Sequence record: PP763259.1 | DNA from: Acinetobacter phage Ab15 | Strand: one strand, 5' to 3' | Length of the DNA stretch: 64,000 bases | In this document: piece after piece, positions 9,714 through 19,282 of the stretch | Layout: the number at the start of each line of letters is the position of its first letter | Numbering within the stretch: the first letter of the stretch is position 1 | Position numbers and translations under genes: made by a program | Notes under the pieces: generated by a model | Seen by the model: only the letters and a program-made list of their open reading frames with translations | The model's database searches: none | What the model was told of the DNA's origin: nothing

Positions 9714-11177
9714 ATGGCTAGAACTGTAAATGGAGTTTTACAAAGAGATTCTTTATCAGATATTAGAACAAAGCTAAGAACCAAAGCTGTTGAGATTTTC
9801 CAAGAAGTTACACCTTATGGTCAATCAGTTGATACAGACCCAGCTTCTATTTTAGGTAGGTGGATTGATATTAATGCTGAAGCAAAATACGACCTTGAAG
9901 AAATAACTGAGTATCTTATTAATATGGCTGACTTAGACACAGCCGAAGGTAACAAACTTGAAGACATTACCAGTTTAGGTGGTATTGATAGACTACAGTC
10001 AACAGCTTCTCAGGTTTTACTTGTTGTTGTAGCTAAACCATATACAGTTATCCCAGCAGGTTCATTCATTAAGAGTGCTTACACTAACGACACTTTCTCA
10101 ACCGACTATGAAATTCAAATCCAATCGACACAAGGAGAAGGCGGTGTTTTTGGTTATGACCTCAATGTTGCTGACTCTAGTGATCCAAACTTTAACTACG
10201 TCTTCACATGGCAACGAGATTCATCTCCGAGCACAAACATTAATGTTAATGTACAACGTGGCACTGGTTCTTTTGACTCTTTTCTACAACTACTTGTAGA
10301 TACAATCAATCAAACAACCAATGATGTATTTGCTGAGATATCTTCAGATGGATACCTTAAGATCACTACAACAGATTACAATGAGACAATATCATTAAGA
10401 TTAACAGCGAGTCAAGTTGTTAATGTTTACCAAGGTGTTGAAGCAACCTGTACTAACTTAGGTGCTGTATCGGCTGATGCTGGTACTTTAACTTCAATTC
10501 AAAGTCCTGTTAATGGTTGGTTATCAGTTAATAACCCTTTTGATGCTTCGATTGGTTCAGAAATTCAAACCGATGAAGAATTGAGAGATTACTACAAAGC
10601 AGCTAAAAACTTTGGTGGGTCAAGTACTTTGAATGCTCTTCAAGCTTCCTTGTACAGAGTCTCAGGAGTTAAATACGTCTATATCAGTGAGAATACATCT
10701 AACATTACCACAACAATGCCATCACACTCATTCAGTGCTGTAGTCCTTGGTGGAAGGAGAGATGATATCGCACAGGTTATCTTCGAAAATAAACCTCTTG
10801 GTATTAACTCTTTTGGTTCTTCTGAAGGTAATGCTGTTGATATCAACGGAAACAACTACACTGTTAATTTTAGTCGCCCTGAGTTTGTTCCTATTGCTAT
10901 CAGAATTAGTCTTACACAACAAGCTGGTTTCGAAAATAGTAACTACGATCAAATTAGACAGAATATTATCAACTATCTAAACAGTATGCAATATGGTGGA
11001 GGGGTTGTTTCAATATCAAGACTTTATACACCAATTAATGCGGTGCCAAACCACTATATTAATAGTTTGGAAATTGGTCGAATAGTGAATGGTGTACCTG
11101 AATATGGAACATCAAACATTACCCTTCAGTATAATGAGATACCAACAATCAATCCAGAAAACATCCAATTCTACTAG
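9714..11177 (+). CDS. baseplate J-like protein
   Basis: 487 aa with RBS AGGAGG, in the canonical position after the gpW-like gene. Confidence 0.5.
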   Translation: MARTVNGVLQRDSLSDIRTKLRTKAVEIFQEVTPYGQSVDTDPASILGRWIDINAEAKYDLEEITEYLINMADLDTAEGNKLEDITSLGGIDRLQSTASQVLLVVVAKPYTVIPAGSFIKSAYTNDTFSTDYEIQIQSTQGEGGVFGYDLNVADSSDPNFNYVFTWQRDSSPSTNINVNVQRGTGSFDSFLQLLVDTINQTTNDVFAEISSDGYLKITTTDYNETISLRLTASQVVNVYQGVEATCTNLGAVSADAGTLTSIQSPVNGWLSVNNPFDASIGSEIQTDEELRDYYKAAKNFGGSSTLNALQASLYRVSGVKYVYISENTSNITTTMPSHSFSAVVLGGRRDDIAQVIFENKPLGINSFGSSEGNAVDINGNNYTVNFSRPEFVPIAIRISLTQQAGFENSNYDQIRQNIINYLNSMQYGGGVVSISRLYTPINAVPNHYINSLEIGRIVNGVPEYGTSNITLQYNEIPTINPENIQFY

Positions 11178-11185
11178 GAGGTTAT

Positions 11186-11812
11186 ATGATAGATCATAGC
11201 TTCACAGAAAAAGCTCGATCAAGATATACAGGAACCTTTAAGGGTGATGGTGTTTTTGATTGTGCAGTTAGAACTGGTATTGCATATGAACAAGATTGCT
11301 TAGATCAGTTTGATGACTTTGTTGATAAGCTTTTTAACATTGACAAATCTTCTGGTTTGATGTTAGACCTTATAGGGAAAATTGTAGGTCAGGATAGGGT
11401 TTTAATTTCTTACACTGACCAAAATAATTTTGGTTTCTTAGGTCACCCCTTGGCAGAATCCTTTGGTACAAAAGCAAATCCAAATATTGGTGGTTATTGG
11501 AAGAGTTCTTCGTCTTCCAGCACTATTTATAGGAAGATGGCTGATGATACTTACAGGACTGTCTTGAAGGCAAGAATTGCATCAAATATCTCTAGAGGAA
11601 CTATCAATGACTTCCTCAGAGTTATAAATATTCTTACTGGTCACACTAGATCTCAAATTATTGAGGGTCCTGAAAGCGGTAGTGTCACTTTGGTAATCCC
11701 TTCGGGTAATGCAACATTAGTTCAATATTATTATACACGTATAGGACAATCAGATCAAATTCTGCCAATTCCTGTAGGTGTTAGTTTAAAAGTTATTATT
11801 GTAGAGGAATAA
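11186..11812 (+). CDS. tail protein (gpI-like)
   Basis: 208 aa following the J-like gene. RBS AGGAGG. Confidence 0.4.
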   Translation: MIDHSFTEKARSRYTGTFKGDGVFDCAVRTGIAYEQDCLDQFDDFVDKLFNIDKSSGLMLDLIGKIVGQDRVLISYTDQNNFGFLGHPLAESFGTKANPNIGGYWKSSSSSSTIYRKMADDTYRTVLKARIASNISRGTINDFLRVINILTGHTRSQIIEGPESGSVTLVIPSGNATLVQYYYTRIGQSDQILPIPVGVSLKVIIVEE

Positions 11813-11813
11813 A

Positions 11814-12878
11814 ATGGCAAGAATGAACAAGCCCAACGACTACAATGTTATTTGGGCACAATCAGGTGGTAAATCTGATATTACAGCTAAGATTCCTGAA
11901 GGTTGGGTTGTTGAGATTCCTGACTTTGAAGATATGAACGCCCTTCAGTACAGACAAGATAGAGCCATTGCTTATCTTCTACAAGTTGGCGTTCCTGAGT
12001 GGGATTCTAGCAGTGTTTACTATGTAAGTCAGATTGCAAACAGAAGCGGTGTATTGTACAGAGCTATCCAAGAAAACCAAGGAAGAGACCCTTCGACCTC
12101 AGTTGCTAATGGTTATTGGGAAAAATTATCACCTTCTTATGCTGAGTTCACAACACTTCAAAATAGGATAAACTCAACAGACCCATTCTCACAGTATATT
12201 CTTAAAACTCAACCAGTAGTTTCTGTCACTATGGGTGCTACTGGTTATCGGTCCAATATTGAGCCAACTACAGGTATGTTCTTTAATGGTACTGAAATGG
12301 AGTTTAGAAAGTCAGGTACAACTACAGCAGTTATCCCTCCACAAACCTTAAGTATTGAAGACAACAGTAAAAACCTAGCAACTACAGCTTGGGTAAAATC
12401 GTTGATTGCTGATGAGATTGCTAAAGTTACTACTAAGTTCCAAGTTGGGATTGGTGAATCAATTATCAGTAACAACCCTCAAAATCCAGCTACAACCAAA
12501 GGTTATGGTGTTTGGGCTTTAGATTGCCAAGGTAGAACAATTGTAGGTGTTTCTCAAAACACACCAGACCCTACTTGGACTAAAACTGTGAATAGTTTAT
12601 TTGGTGCTTATACACATACGTTAAGTACCGCAGAAATGCCTAAACATAAACACAGAGGGGCTGGTTCACCAGATGGTAGTGGCACTAGCGTTGTTGGTTG
12701 GGATTCTAGCACAAAGGTTATCGACCCTACAATGGCACTTGTGATGAAGTCAGATTACGGTACCTTACAAGATAACTACACTATTTACCCTCTAGATTGG
12801 GGTGAAGAGGGTGGTAGCCAACCTCACAATAACGTTCAACCATCACAAACAAAGTATATCTGGACAAGAATTGCTTAA
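11814..12878 (+). CDS. tail fibre protein
   Basis: 354 aa after the baseplate genes. RBS GAGGAA. Confidence 0.45.
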   Translation: MARMNKPNDYNVIWAQSGGKSDITAKIPEGWVVEIPDFEDMNALQYRQDRAIAYLLQVGVPEWDSSSVYYVSQIANRSGVLYRAIQENQGRDPSTSVANGYWEKLSPSYAEFTTLQNRINSTDPFSQYILKTQPVVSVTMGATGYRSNIEPTTGMFFNGTEMEFRKSGTTTAVIPPQTLSIEDNSKNLATTAWVKSLIADEIAKVTTKFQVGIGESIISNNPQNPATTKGYGVWALDCQGRTIVGVSQNTPDPTWTKTVNSLFGAYTHTLSTAEMPKHKHRGAGSPDGSGTSVVGWDSSTKVIDPTMALVMKSDYGTLQDNYTIYPLDWGEEGGSQPHNNVQPSQTKYIWTRIA

Positions 12879-12893
12879 TTAGGAGTAGGAGCG

Positions 12894-13277
12894 ATGGAGA
12901 TATTTTCAATTAGTACAGCCATTGCCTTCATCAAACCTATAATTCCAAATATCATCGGTGGTGCTTTATCTATTAAGGATGAGATAACAAGTGGTGCTAA
13001 AGAACAATCTTTTAAGAAATACTTTGTTCTTTTCACTATGTTTATCTTGGCAGTATCTTTTGGGTACTACCTTGGTGGCTTTATTATTGAGTATTTGAAG
13101 ATAGAGAAATGGAGTGGTGACTTGCCCACATTCTCTTATGCAATGATCATGATATTAGCTACAGCATCGAGTCTAAGGTTTATTAAGAAATTCACAAGCC
13201 GTATCGAAGAAATATTGGATTTAATCTTTGATGGTTTTATCGGCTTGATCAAAACCATATTTAAGATGGATAAGTGA
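12894..13277 (+). CDS. membrane protein (holin candidate)
   Basis: 127 aa with several hydrophobic helices. RBS AGGAG. Confidence 0.35.
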   Translation: MEIFSISTAIAFIKPIIPNIIGGALSIKDEITSGAKEQSFKKYFVLFTMFILAVSFGYYLGGFIIEYLKIEKWSGDLPTFSYAMIMILATASSLRFIKKFTSRIEEILDLIFDGFIGLIKTIFKMDK

Positions 13278-13298
13278 TAGCCATGAAGGAGTTATCGA

Positions 13299-13625
13299 AT
13301 GAATAACATTATCGACAGTATTACTGCATCTTTTGTTGGAATAGCTTTGTTGCTAACCCCAACAGTTGTATTCCAAGGGGTGATGGTTGCACTTGTCGCC
13401 TTTTTCATTTGGATTGAGTATTTCTCAAAGAAATTTGATAAGAATGGTTTTATGTATGTGATGTTCACATTTATAGGAATGTCAGCATCCATACTCTATT
13501 ACTATGCCCCTAGTATTCAGACCGATTTTGGTTGGACTATAGCGTTAATTACATTTAGTTTATACACAATATACTTCTTAAAGTATATCTGGAGAATGAG
13601 AAAAGATAATCGCACAGGAGATTAG
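13299..13625 (+). CDS. three-TM membrane protein (holin/antiholin candidate)
   Basis: 108 aa with three hydrophobic segments and a basic C-terminus RMRKDNRTGD. RBS GAAGGAG. Confidence 0.35.
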   Translation: MNNIIDSITASFVGIALLLTPTVVFQGVMVALVAFFIWIEYFSKKFDKNGFMYVMFTFIGMSASILYYYAPSIQTDFGWTIALITFSLYTIYFLKYIWRMRKDNRTGD

Positions 13626-13626
13626 A

Positions 13627-14871
13627 ATGGAACAACTTGTTTTAAATATTAATAAAGTCCCTGTTGTGGAAGCATCTCAATTTAAATACTCAGACCATAT
13701 TTTTGTTTCAGTTAATGGTCAATTTAAAAGAATGAAAAGAACTGATCTCATTACCTTATTGAGTGCTGATGTTAAGGGTGAAAAAGGTGAGAGAGGTCCG
13801 ATTGGTTTACAAGGTAGGACTGGAGCTACAGGTGCAACTGGTGCCACAGGAGCTACAGGTGCAACTGGAGATAAAGGCGATAAGGGAGATCGTGGAGATC
13901 GTGGTTTCCGAGGATGGTCACCAGTCTTCAAATCAGTGGCTGAAGATGGTTCTATTTACCTATACTTAAGTGATTGGGTTGGTGGTGAAAATACAAAACC
14001 TGATGTTCTAGGTTATATCTCACCTACAGGGATTGTAAACTATATCACTGAGGGCGCAACTGCAATCAACACTGACTTTGCACCACAAATCAATGACCTT
14101 CAAGCAAATAAACTAGACGTTGGCTCTACAACTAGTGCTATCCCTGAAGGTTCAAACTTGTATTATACAGATGCAAGAGTTCGTGATGTAATCCTTACAG
14201 ATCTCTCTACAGCGACCTCTACAGCTATTGTAGCGACAGATACTGTATTAAGTGCATTTGGCAAGGCACAGGCTCAACTTAACCTTAAACAGAACAGTTC
14301 AAGCTTAGGAACAGATGTACAAGCTACAGTTCTATCTACTTACACCGTTGGTGGTAATACAGAAATTGCCAACACTGACACCATAGCAGCAGCTTTTGGT
14401 AAAGCTCAAGGGCAAATTAATGCTAGACAACTTTCAGCCAATCTTTCATCTGATGTTCAGGCTTTAGTACTTTCAGGTTATGTTGTTGGTTCTAACACAG
14501 CTTTAGCCAATACAGATACTTTCATTGCTGCTCTTGGCAAGTTGCAAGGTCAGATCAATGCCAGAGAGGTAGCTGCCAATGTACCAGCAGATGTTAGGGC
14601 AACAGTTCTTACAGGTCTTTCTACAGCAAGTTCTACAGCAATTACTGCTACAGATACTGTCTTGTCAGCCTTCGGGAAATTACAAGCCCAAGTCAACTTG
14701 AAACAAGACTCATCTACCCTAGCTGCAAATGTAAGATCAACAACCCTTACAGGTTTCTCTGCTACACCAAACTCAGCAGTAGTTGCAGCAGACACTATAT
14801 TGGCAGCAATAGGAAAATTACAGGCTCAAGTTGATAGTTTATCTTCTAGAGTAACAGCACTAGGAGGATAA
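13627..14871 (+). CDS. collagen-like tail fibre protein
   Basis: GXY repeats (GEKGERGPIGLQGRTGATGATGATGATGATGDKGDKGDRGDRGFRG) followed by five tandem repeats of about 45 aa (TDTVLSAFGKAQAQLNLKQ...). Confidence 0.7.
   Translation: MEQLVLNINKVPVVEASQFKYSDHIFVSVNGQFKRMKRTDLITLLSADVKGEKGERGPIGLQGRTGATGATGATGATGATGDKGDKGDRGDRGFRGWSPVFKSVAEDGSIYLYLSDWVGGENTKPDVLGYISPTGIVNYITEGATAINTDFAPQINDLQANKLDVGSTTSAIPEGSNLYYTDARVRDVILTDLSTATSTAIVATDTVLSAFGKAQAQLNLKQNSSSLGTDVQATVLSTYTVGGNTEIANTDTIAAAFGKAQGQINARQLSANLSSDVQALVLSGYVVGSNTALANTDTFIAALGKLQGQINAREVAANVPADVRATVLTGLSTASSTAITATDTVLSAFGKLQAQVNLKQDSSTLAANVRSTTLTGFSATPNSAVVAADTILAAIGKLQAQVDSLSSRVTALGG
14200..14850. repeat. tandem repeats of about 135 nt (five copies) inside the fibre gene
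   Basis: The recurring protein unit TDT(V/I)LSAFGK(A/L)Q(A/G)Q(L/I)N is mirrored at the nucleotide level. Confidence 0.55.
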
Positions 14872-14872
14872 T

Positions 14873-15439
14873 ATGGCAACAACTTTTCTAGAGGAAACTG
14901 TAGAAGTTTCAATTTCTCGTGAAGAGGCACCAACAACCTCTTCAGGGGTTGACCTAAGAAATATTTTAATTGTTAGCGACAACCCTAGATATTCAGATAG
15001 TCATCGAGTCTACTCATCTGTTTCTGAAATGAAAATGGATGGTTTTACCAGTGATGACTTCGCTTTAAAATTTGCTGCTCTTTACTTCCCAAATACAACA
15101 ATACCTTACGATAGACCAAAGCTTATTGTATCTGGTGGTGCTCTTCTAACAGATTACCATGAATATATTAACAAGATATCTCAAGTATTGCAATCAACAG
15201 ATAACTTTGGATTGATTGTTACTGATGGTTTATATAGAGGCTTAACTGAGGAACAAGGTGCCAACTTTGTAATTAATGTTGCCCAGTATGTTGAAACTAC
15301 TGAGAAGTTTTATGCAGTTTTTCTCGACAATAGATTTATGCCTGAATACAAACAATTCATCCATGCAGCTAGTGATGATGTTGTACTAACAGAATCACCT
15401 GAAGGATTATTGACAGAGAGTTCCTTTGTCAAAGAATAA
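14873..15439 (+). CDS. hypothetical protein (fibre-associated position)
   Basis: 188 aa with RBS AGGAGG, between the fibre and the endolysin. Confidence 0.4.
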   Translation: MATTFLEETVEVSISREEAPTTSSGVDLRNILIVSDNPRYSDSHRVYSSVSEMKMDGFTSDDFALKFAALYFPNTTIPYDRPKLIVSGGALLTDYHEYINKISQVLQSTDNFGLIVTDGLYRGLTEEQGANFVINVAQYVETTEKFYAVFLDNRFMPEYKQFIHAASDDVVLTESPEGLLTESSFVKE

Positions 15440-15465
15440 TTCAAGGCAGTTAAAAGGAGTTTAAC

Positions 15466-16140
15466 ATGGACATTTTAAAATTTAACTCTCGTGGTGATTT
15501 AGTAGTTCACCTACAGAAAAAACTTGCATCATTAGGCTATAAGTTAAACCCAGATGGAATCTTTGGAAAGGCCACACAAGAAGCTGTTATTCATTTCCAA
15601 AGACAAAATGGCTTAACTTCTGATGGTATCGTTGGCAAGTTAACTTGGTCTATGTTGGACTCTAAAACTTCATCAATAGGTAAAACTAGAACAATTAGCC
15701 AAAACGGTATTGACTTTATAAAAAGTTTTGAGGGCTTAAGACTGCGTGCTTATGACGATGGTGTTGGGGTGATAACTATTGGTTATGGCACAACCCGTTA
15801 TCCAAATGGTCATAAAGTTCAATTAGGCGATACCTGCACTGAAAAACAGGCAGAACAATACTTAGCCAATGATTTAGTCAAGTTTGAAAAAGCTGTTAAT
15901 GAACTGGTAAAAGTCCCAGTCAATCAAAACCAATATGATGCACTTGTTAGCTTCACATATAATGTTGGAGTAGGTGCACTATCCACAAGTAAGGCTTTAA
16001 AGCTTCTAAATGCTGGTGATTACACTGGTTGTGCTAAAGCTATGCTTTCTTGGAATAAAGGTCGTGTTGGTGGAAAACTTGTTGAAATTGGTGGTCTAAC
16101 CAGAAGAAGAAATGCAGAAAAGGATTTATTTTTAAAATAA
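15466..16140 (+). CDS. endolysin: N-terminal PG-binding domain plus GH24 (T4-type) lysozyme
   Basis: The N-terminal segment LQKKLASLGYKLNPDGIFGKATQEAVIHFQRQNGLTSDGIVGKLTW is PG_binding_1-like. The catalytic core FEGLRLRAYDDGVGVITIGYGTT matches T4 lysozyme. Confidence 0.85.
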   Translation: MDILKFNSRGDLVVHLQKKLASLGYKLNPDGIFGKATQEAVIHFQRQNGLTSDGIVGKLTWSMLDSKTSSIGKTRTISQNGIDFIKSFEGLRLRAYDDGVGVITIGYGTTRYPNGHKVQLGDTCTEKQAEQYLANDLVKFEKAVNELVKVPVNQNQYDALVSFTYNVGVGALSTSKALKLLNAGDYTGCAKAMLSWNKGRVGGKLVEIGGLTRRRNAEKDLFLK

Positions 16141-16161
16141 AAAGGATACAAGGAGAGATTT

Positions 16162-16443
16162 ATGGCTGATGTTTTAGTATCAGGTATCAAAATTTCAGAA
16201 ATGGAATTAGTTAACGATGTAACAGGCGCTGAGAAAGTACCTACAGATCAAACAGGTGATAAAGCTATTAATATTGACCAGATATTAGCTTATGTTAATA
16301 GTAAGGTTAAACCTGTTTGGGGAAACATTCAAGGTGATATTGATCAGCAAACTGACTTGATTGACATCATAACTGCTCAAAATGCCACATTGATAAATGA
16401 AATTGAACAGCTTAAACTTAGAGTTACACAACTAGAAACTTAA
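16162..16443 (+). CDS. hypothetical coiled-coil protein
   Basis: 93 aa with RBS AAGGAGAG. It is the last gene of the + strand late block. Confidence 0.4.
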   Translation: MADVLVSGIKISEMELVNDVTGAEKVPTDQTGDKAINIDQILAYVNSKVKPVWGNIQGDIDQQTDLIDIITAQNATLINEIEQLKLRVTQLET

Positions 16444-16481
16444 AAAGAAACCCCTGAAGGAATTCCTTCAGGGGTTTTTCT
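16444..16481. terminator. bidirectional rho-independent terminator
   Basis: Perfect 24-nt palindrome CCCCTGAAGGAATTCCTTCAGGGG flanked by T-runs on both strands, between convergent genes. Confidence 0.7.
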
Positions 16482-16500
16482 ATGGCTAAAAATTTATGAT

Positions 16501-19272
16501 TTATTGACAGTTATCACATTCTTCATGTCGCTTAATATCACCAGATCCCCTCATAGAGTAGATGTAGTATAAAGCTAAGATACCTGCATTTTCCAAAGCA
16601 TATTTGTGAACCTTCATAATATACTCTGGAGTGTCATTACTTGTAAAATACAAGTTGATTGACTGTTGCTGATCAATATATTGTTGTCGTTGTGCACACA
16701 AATCCAAATGTTTGATCATGTCAATCTCAAAGGCAGTTCTAAAGACATCCTTCTCATGCTGAGTCAACCAGTGAACATGTTGTACAGAACCTTTATGCTT
16801 ATTGATGTCATTGATTACGTCTTCATTGTAAACACCACGTTCCTTCATGATCTCTAGAAGGACCTTATTAACCCTCCAGATATCTCCTCCAGCACTCTGC
16901 TTAACGAACACCATAGCAACATCTAAACCAATACCTTCAGAAGCACCAGCCATAATCTCTGCTGTTGACTTTGTAGGTGGCATCATCATCGTTGTTGCAT
17001 TACGGATTCCTAAATGAGCGCACCCTTCAGGCATACCAACTTCACGAGCCAACCACTTAGAAGCAGCTAAGGTTTGATCTCTCATACCCTTAAAGATTTC
17101 TTCATTTAACCAGAAGCTCTCAAGGCTACCTACCACAATTCTACGTTTTTGTAGTAGTGTGTGGAAACCTAATACACCTGTACCAACTGCACGGAATCTC
17201 TTGGTGAAGGCTAAGATTTTTCTAAATGCCAAGGCATCCTCTTTACCTTGCTTAGTTCGGTTTTCCATAAACTCGATGTAGTCACTCACATTACAATCTT
17301 GCATTACATGTGCAATAAATGCTAAGTGAGGACATCTCGATTTCCACTCATCGTATAAGTCAAGGTTCAAGTTCAGAATTACACAAGAGAATGTATGCTT
17401 CTCATCACTACCAAGTAACACTTCTTGGCAATTCATAGTATTCAAACCATTGAACATCAACATGTTACGTTTTGGCTCAAGTGCACAATATGTATCATCA
17501 AATCTTCCTTGGTCGATCACTTCATCAACACATACAAATCTTTCAGCAGAACGTTGAGGTTTTCTTTCACTCCATTTTAGGCGGTGTGTTTTTAAACCTA
17601 ACTGACTCAACTTAAAGAGACCTGTACTCGATACAAGAAGACGATAAGCATCTTGGCATTCAAACAGTCCTTTATCACCCGTACCATTATTGAGAGGTAA
17701 TTCTTTTAGACCACCTACATCCCTCAAGACAACCTTTGAAGAAACACCAAGTGTTTGTAACATCAATTGCACATCTTGTAAGAATGTCTTGTGAATGCTT
17801 ACCACTTGGATAGATTCATTTTCACCATTACGAGCAATAGTTCCATCTGAATCTAGGAGTCCAGCAAACCATTCCAATCGGCTTTCAACAGTGTACTCAG
17901 ATGTTGGTACAAAGAATTTATCCTTAAGTCCTTCACTGTGAGTAAGCTTAATACGATCACCACCTTGAAGTCCTGACACTGAAGAAACGCAAGTTATATT
18001 TTCAAGTAACTCCTTCTTCTTACCATACAAGTATGTGTGTTTTTTACCTTTGTATTCAAAACCATCACCAGTGAAGAATCCATTAGTGTAAGCATGTTCG
18101 AGGGTCTTGTCACCTAAAATAACTGGTAGATCAAATTTAGATAGTCGATCACCAGACTTCAACTCGTAGGCACGTTTAATGACCTCATTGCCATCCTCAC
18201 CAACAACCTTAAAGCGGTGATACTCTGTGCAATCTAATTCATACCCTGAATCAGTTACCACTTTAACTAACTTCTGATTTTCACCAGTTTTGATAATTGT
18301 CACTTCAGACCATTCAAAACCATTCCACACCTCGACCTGTTGTCCCTCAAGGTCAGAAATCGTTTGATATCCACTTTTAGTTAAGATTAATGTCTCAGGT
18401 GAAACACACAAATTAGAAGCTTTCGCTGTCATACCTGCATCTTTAAATGCCTGAGCTAAGTGGCGGTTCATTTCATCAATCTTAGTGAAGTAACCCTTAC
18501 CACGTTGCATCTTGATAGCAATAGCTTTAGCTAATAGGGCAACTGCTTCTGGGTCATCCTTGACTAACTTCTCAATGTACTCGTCCTTACATAACCATGC
18601 TGGGTTATTACTTTCAGGTCGTTTGAATAAGTACTTTAAAACTTCCTCAAACTCGGGATGTTCAATACTTACAGCATAAGATAAACTACCTCTACGGCTA
18701 CCTTGAACAACCTCATCCATACAGTTGATTAAGTCACGGATAAGAGGCATAACCCCACCACTGTAACCACCACGAGGTAGTTTCTTACCTTTATAGGCCC
18801 AATCATCAATTGAGTAAGATGTACCATGTGAGTGCTTAGTTAGGATAGCTGCTTCAGTCACACAATCATAACGAGAGAACAAGTCATCACCAACATAACC
18901 GCTAGCACAACTTACTGTTGATCCCCTTTCAGGTAAACCACTGTTCGCCAATAAAGGAGTTGAACAAGACACATAACCATCCCAAAGTACGTCAAAAAAC
19001 ACCTCCTCCCAAGTTTTACCAGCCGTATAAGTATCCACATTCCACCAAGAAGGGTACTTATCTGGTGCATGTTTAGCTAAAGTCTTAGCAATCATTTTAT
19101 AGCGAGCTTTTACAGTCTCACCATTCCACGAATACTTTTCAAAGAACAACTGAGTCCCACCAGTGGTAAACCATTTAGGGATCTCTCCATGTTCTTGTAG
19201 TTTTTTTCGAAGTTGACTGTAACTGTCAACCCCGTATAATTCCAATGTCTCTAAATAAGATAAAACAGCCAC
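16501..19272 (-). CDS. nrdA: ribonucleotide reductase class I alpha subunit, intein-containing
   Basis: Motif LANSGLPERG. The catalytic SNL-C...C-QEVLL site is split by an insertion. A C-terminal CDNC pair is present. 923 aa including a 326-aa insertion. Confidence 0.85.
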   Translation of the reverse strand: MAVLSYLETLELYGVDSYSQLRKKLQEHGEIPKWFTTGGTQLFFEKYSWNGETVKARYKMIAKTLAKHAPDKYPSWWNVDTYTAGKTWEEVFFDVLWDGYVSCSTPLLANSGLPERGSTVSCASGYVGDDLFSRYDCVTEAAILTKHSHGTSYSIDDWAYKGKKLPRGGYSGGVMPLIRDLINCMDEVVQGSRRGSLSYAVSIEHPEFEEVLKYLFKRPESNNPAWLCKDEYIEKLVKDDPEAVALLAKAIAIKMQRGKGYFTKIDEMNRHLAQAFKDAGMTAKASNLCVSPETLILTKSGYQTISDLEGQQVEVWNGFEWSEVTIIKTGENQKLVKVVTDSGYELDCTEYHRFKVVGEDGNEVIKRAYELKSGDRLSKFDLPVILGDKTLEHAYTNGFFTGDGFEYKGKKHTYLYGKKKELLENITCVSSVSGLQGGDRIKLTHSEGLKDKFFVPTSEYTVESRLEWFAGLLDSDGTIARNGENESIQVVSIHKTFLQDVQLMLQTLGVSSKVVLRDVGGLKELPLNNGTGDKGLFECQDAYRLLVSSTGLFKLSQLGLKTHRLKWSERKPQRSAERFVCVDEVIDQGRFDDTYCALEPKRNMLMFNGLNTMNCQEVLLGSDEKHTFSCVILNLNLDLYDEWKSRCPHLAFIAHVMQDCNVSDYIEFMENRTKQGKEDALAFRKILAFTKRFRAVGTGVLGFHTLLQKRRIVVGSLESFWLNEEIFKGMRDQTLAASKWLAREVGMPEGCAHLGIRNATTMMMPPTKSTAEIMAGASEGIGLDVAMVFVKQSAGGDIWRVNKVLLEIMKERGVYNEDVINDINKHKGSVQHVHWLTQHEKDVFRTAFEIDMIKHLDLCAQRQQYIDQQQSINLYFTSNDTPEYIMKVHKYALENAGILALYYIYSMRGSGDIKRHEECDNCQ
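17431..18408 (-). mobile_element. intein with LAGLIDADG homing endonuclease domain, at the catalytic Cys of nrdA
   Basis: Starts CVSPETLIL (block A), has TEYH (block B) and two LAGLIDADG-like blocks (YTNGFFTGDG and FAGLLDSDGT). It ends ...NTMN followed by Cys +1. Removing it restores SNLCQEV. Confidence 0.7.
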
Positions 19273-19282
19273 AAATACCTCC

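Noticed and set aside
13719-13969. Minus-strand ORF (PVAPVAPVAP...) and plus-strand alternative-frame ORF over the fibre GXY tract
   Set aside because: They are translation artefacts of the GGN GCN ACN collagen-like repeats. The fibre frame is supported by an RBS and gene context.
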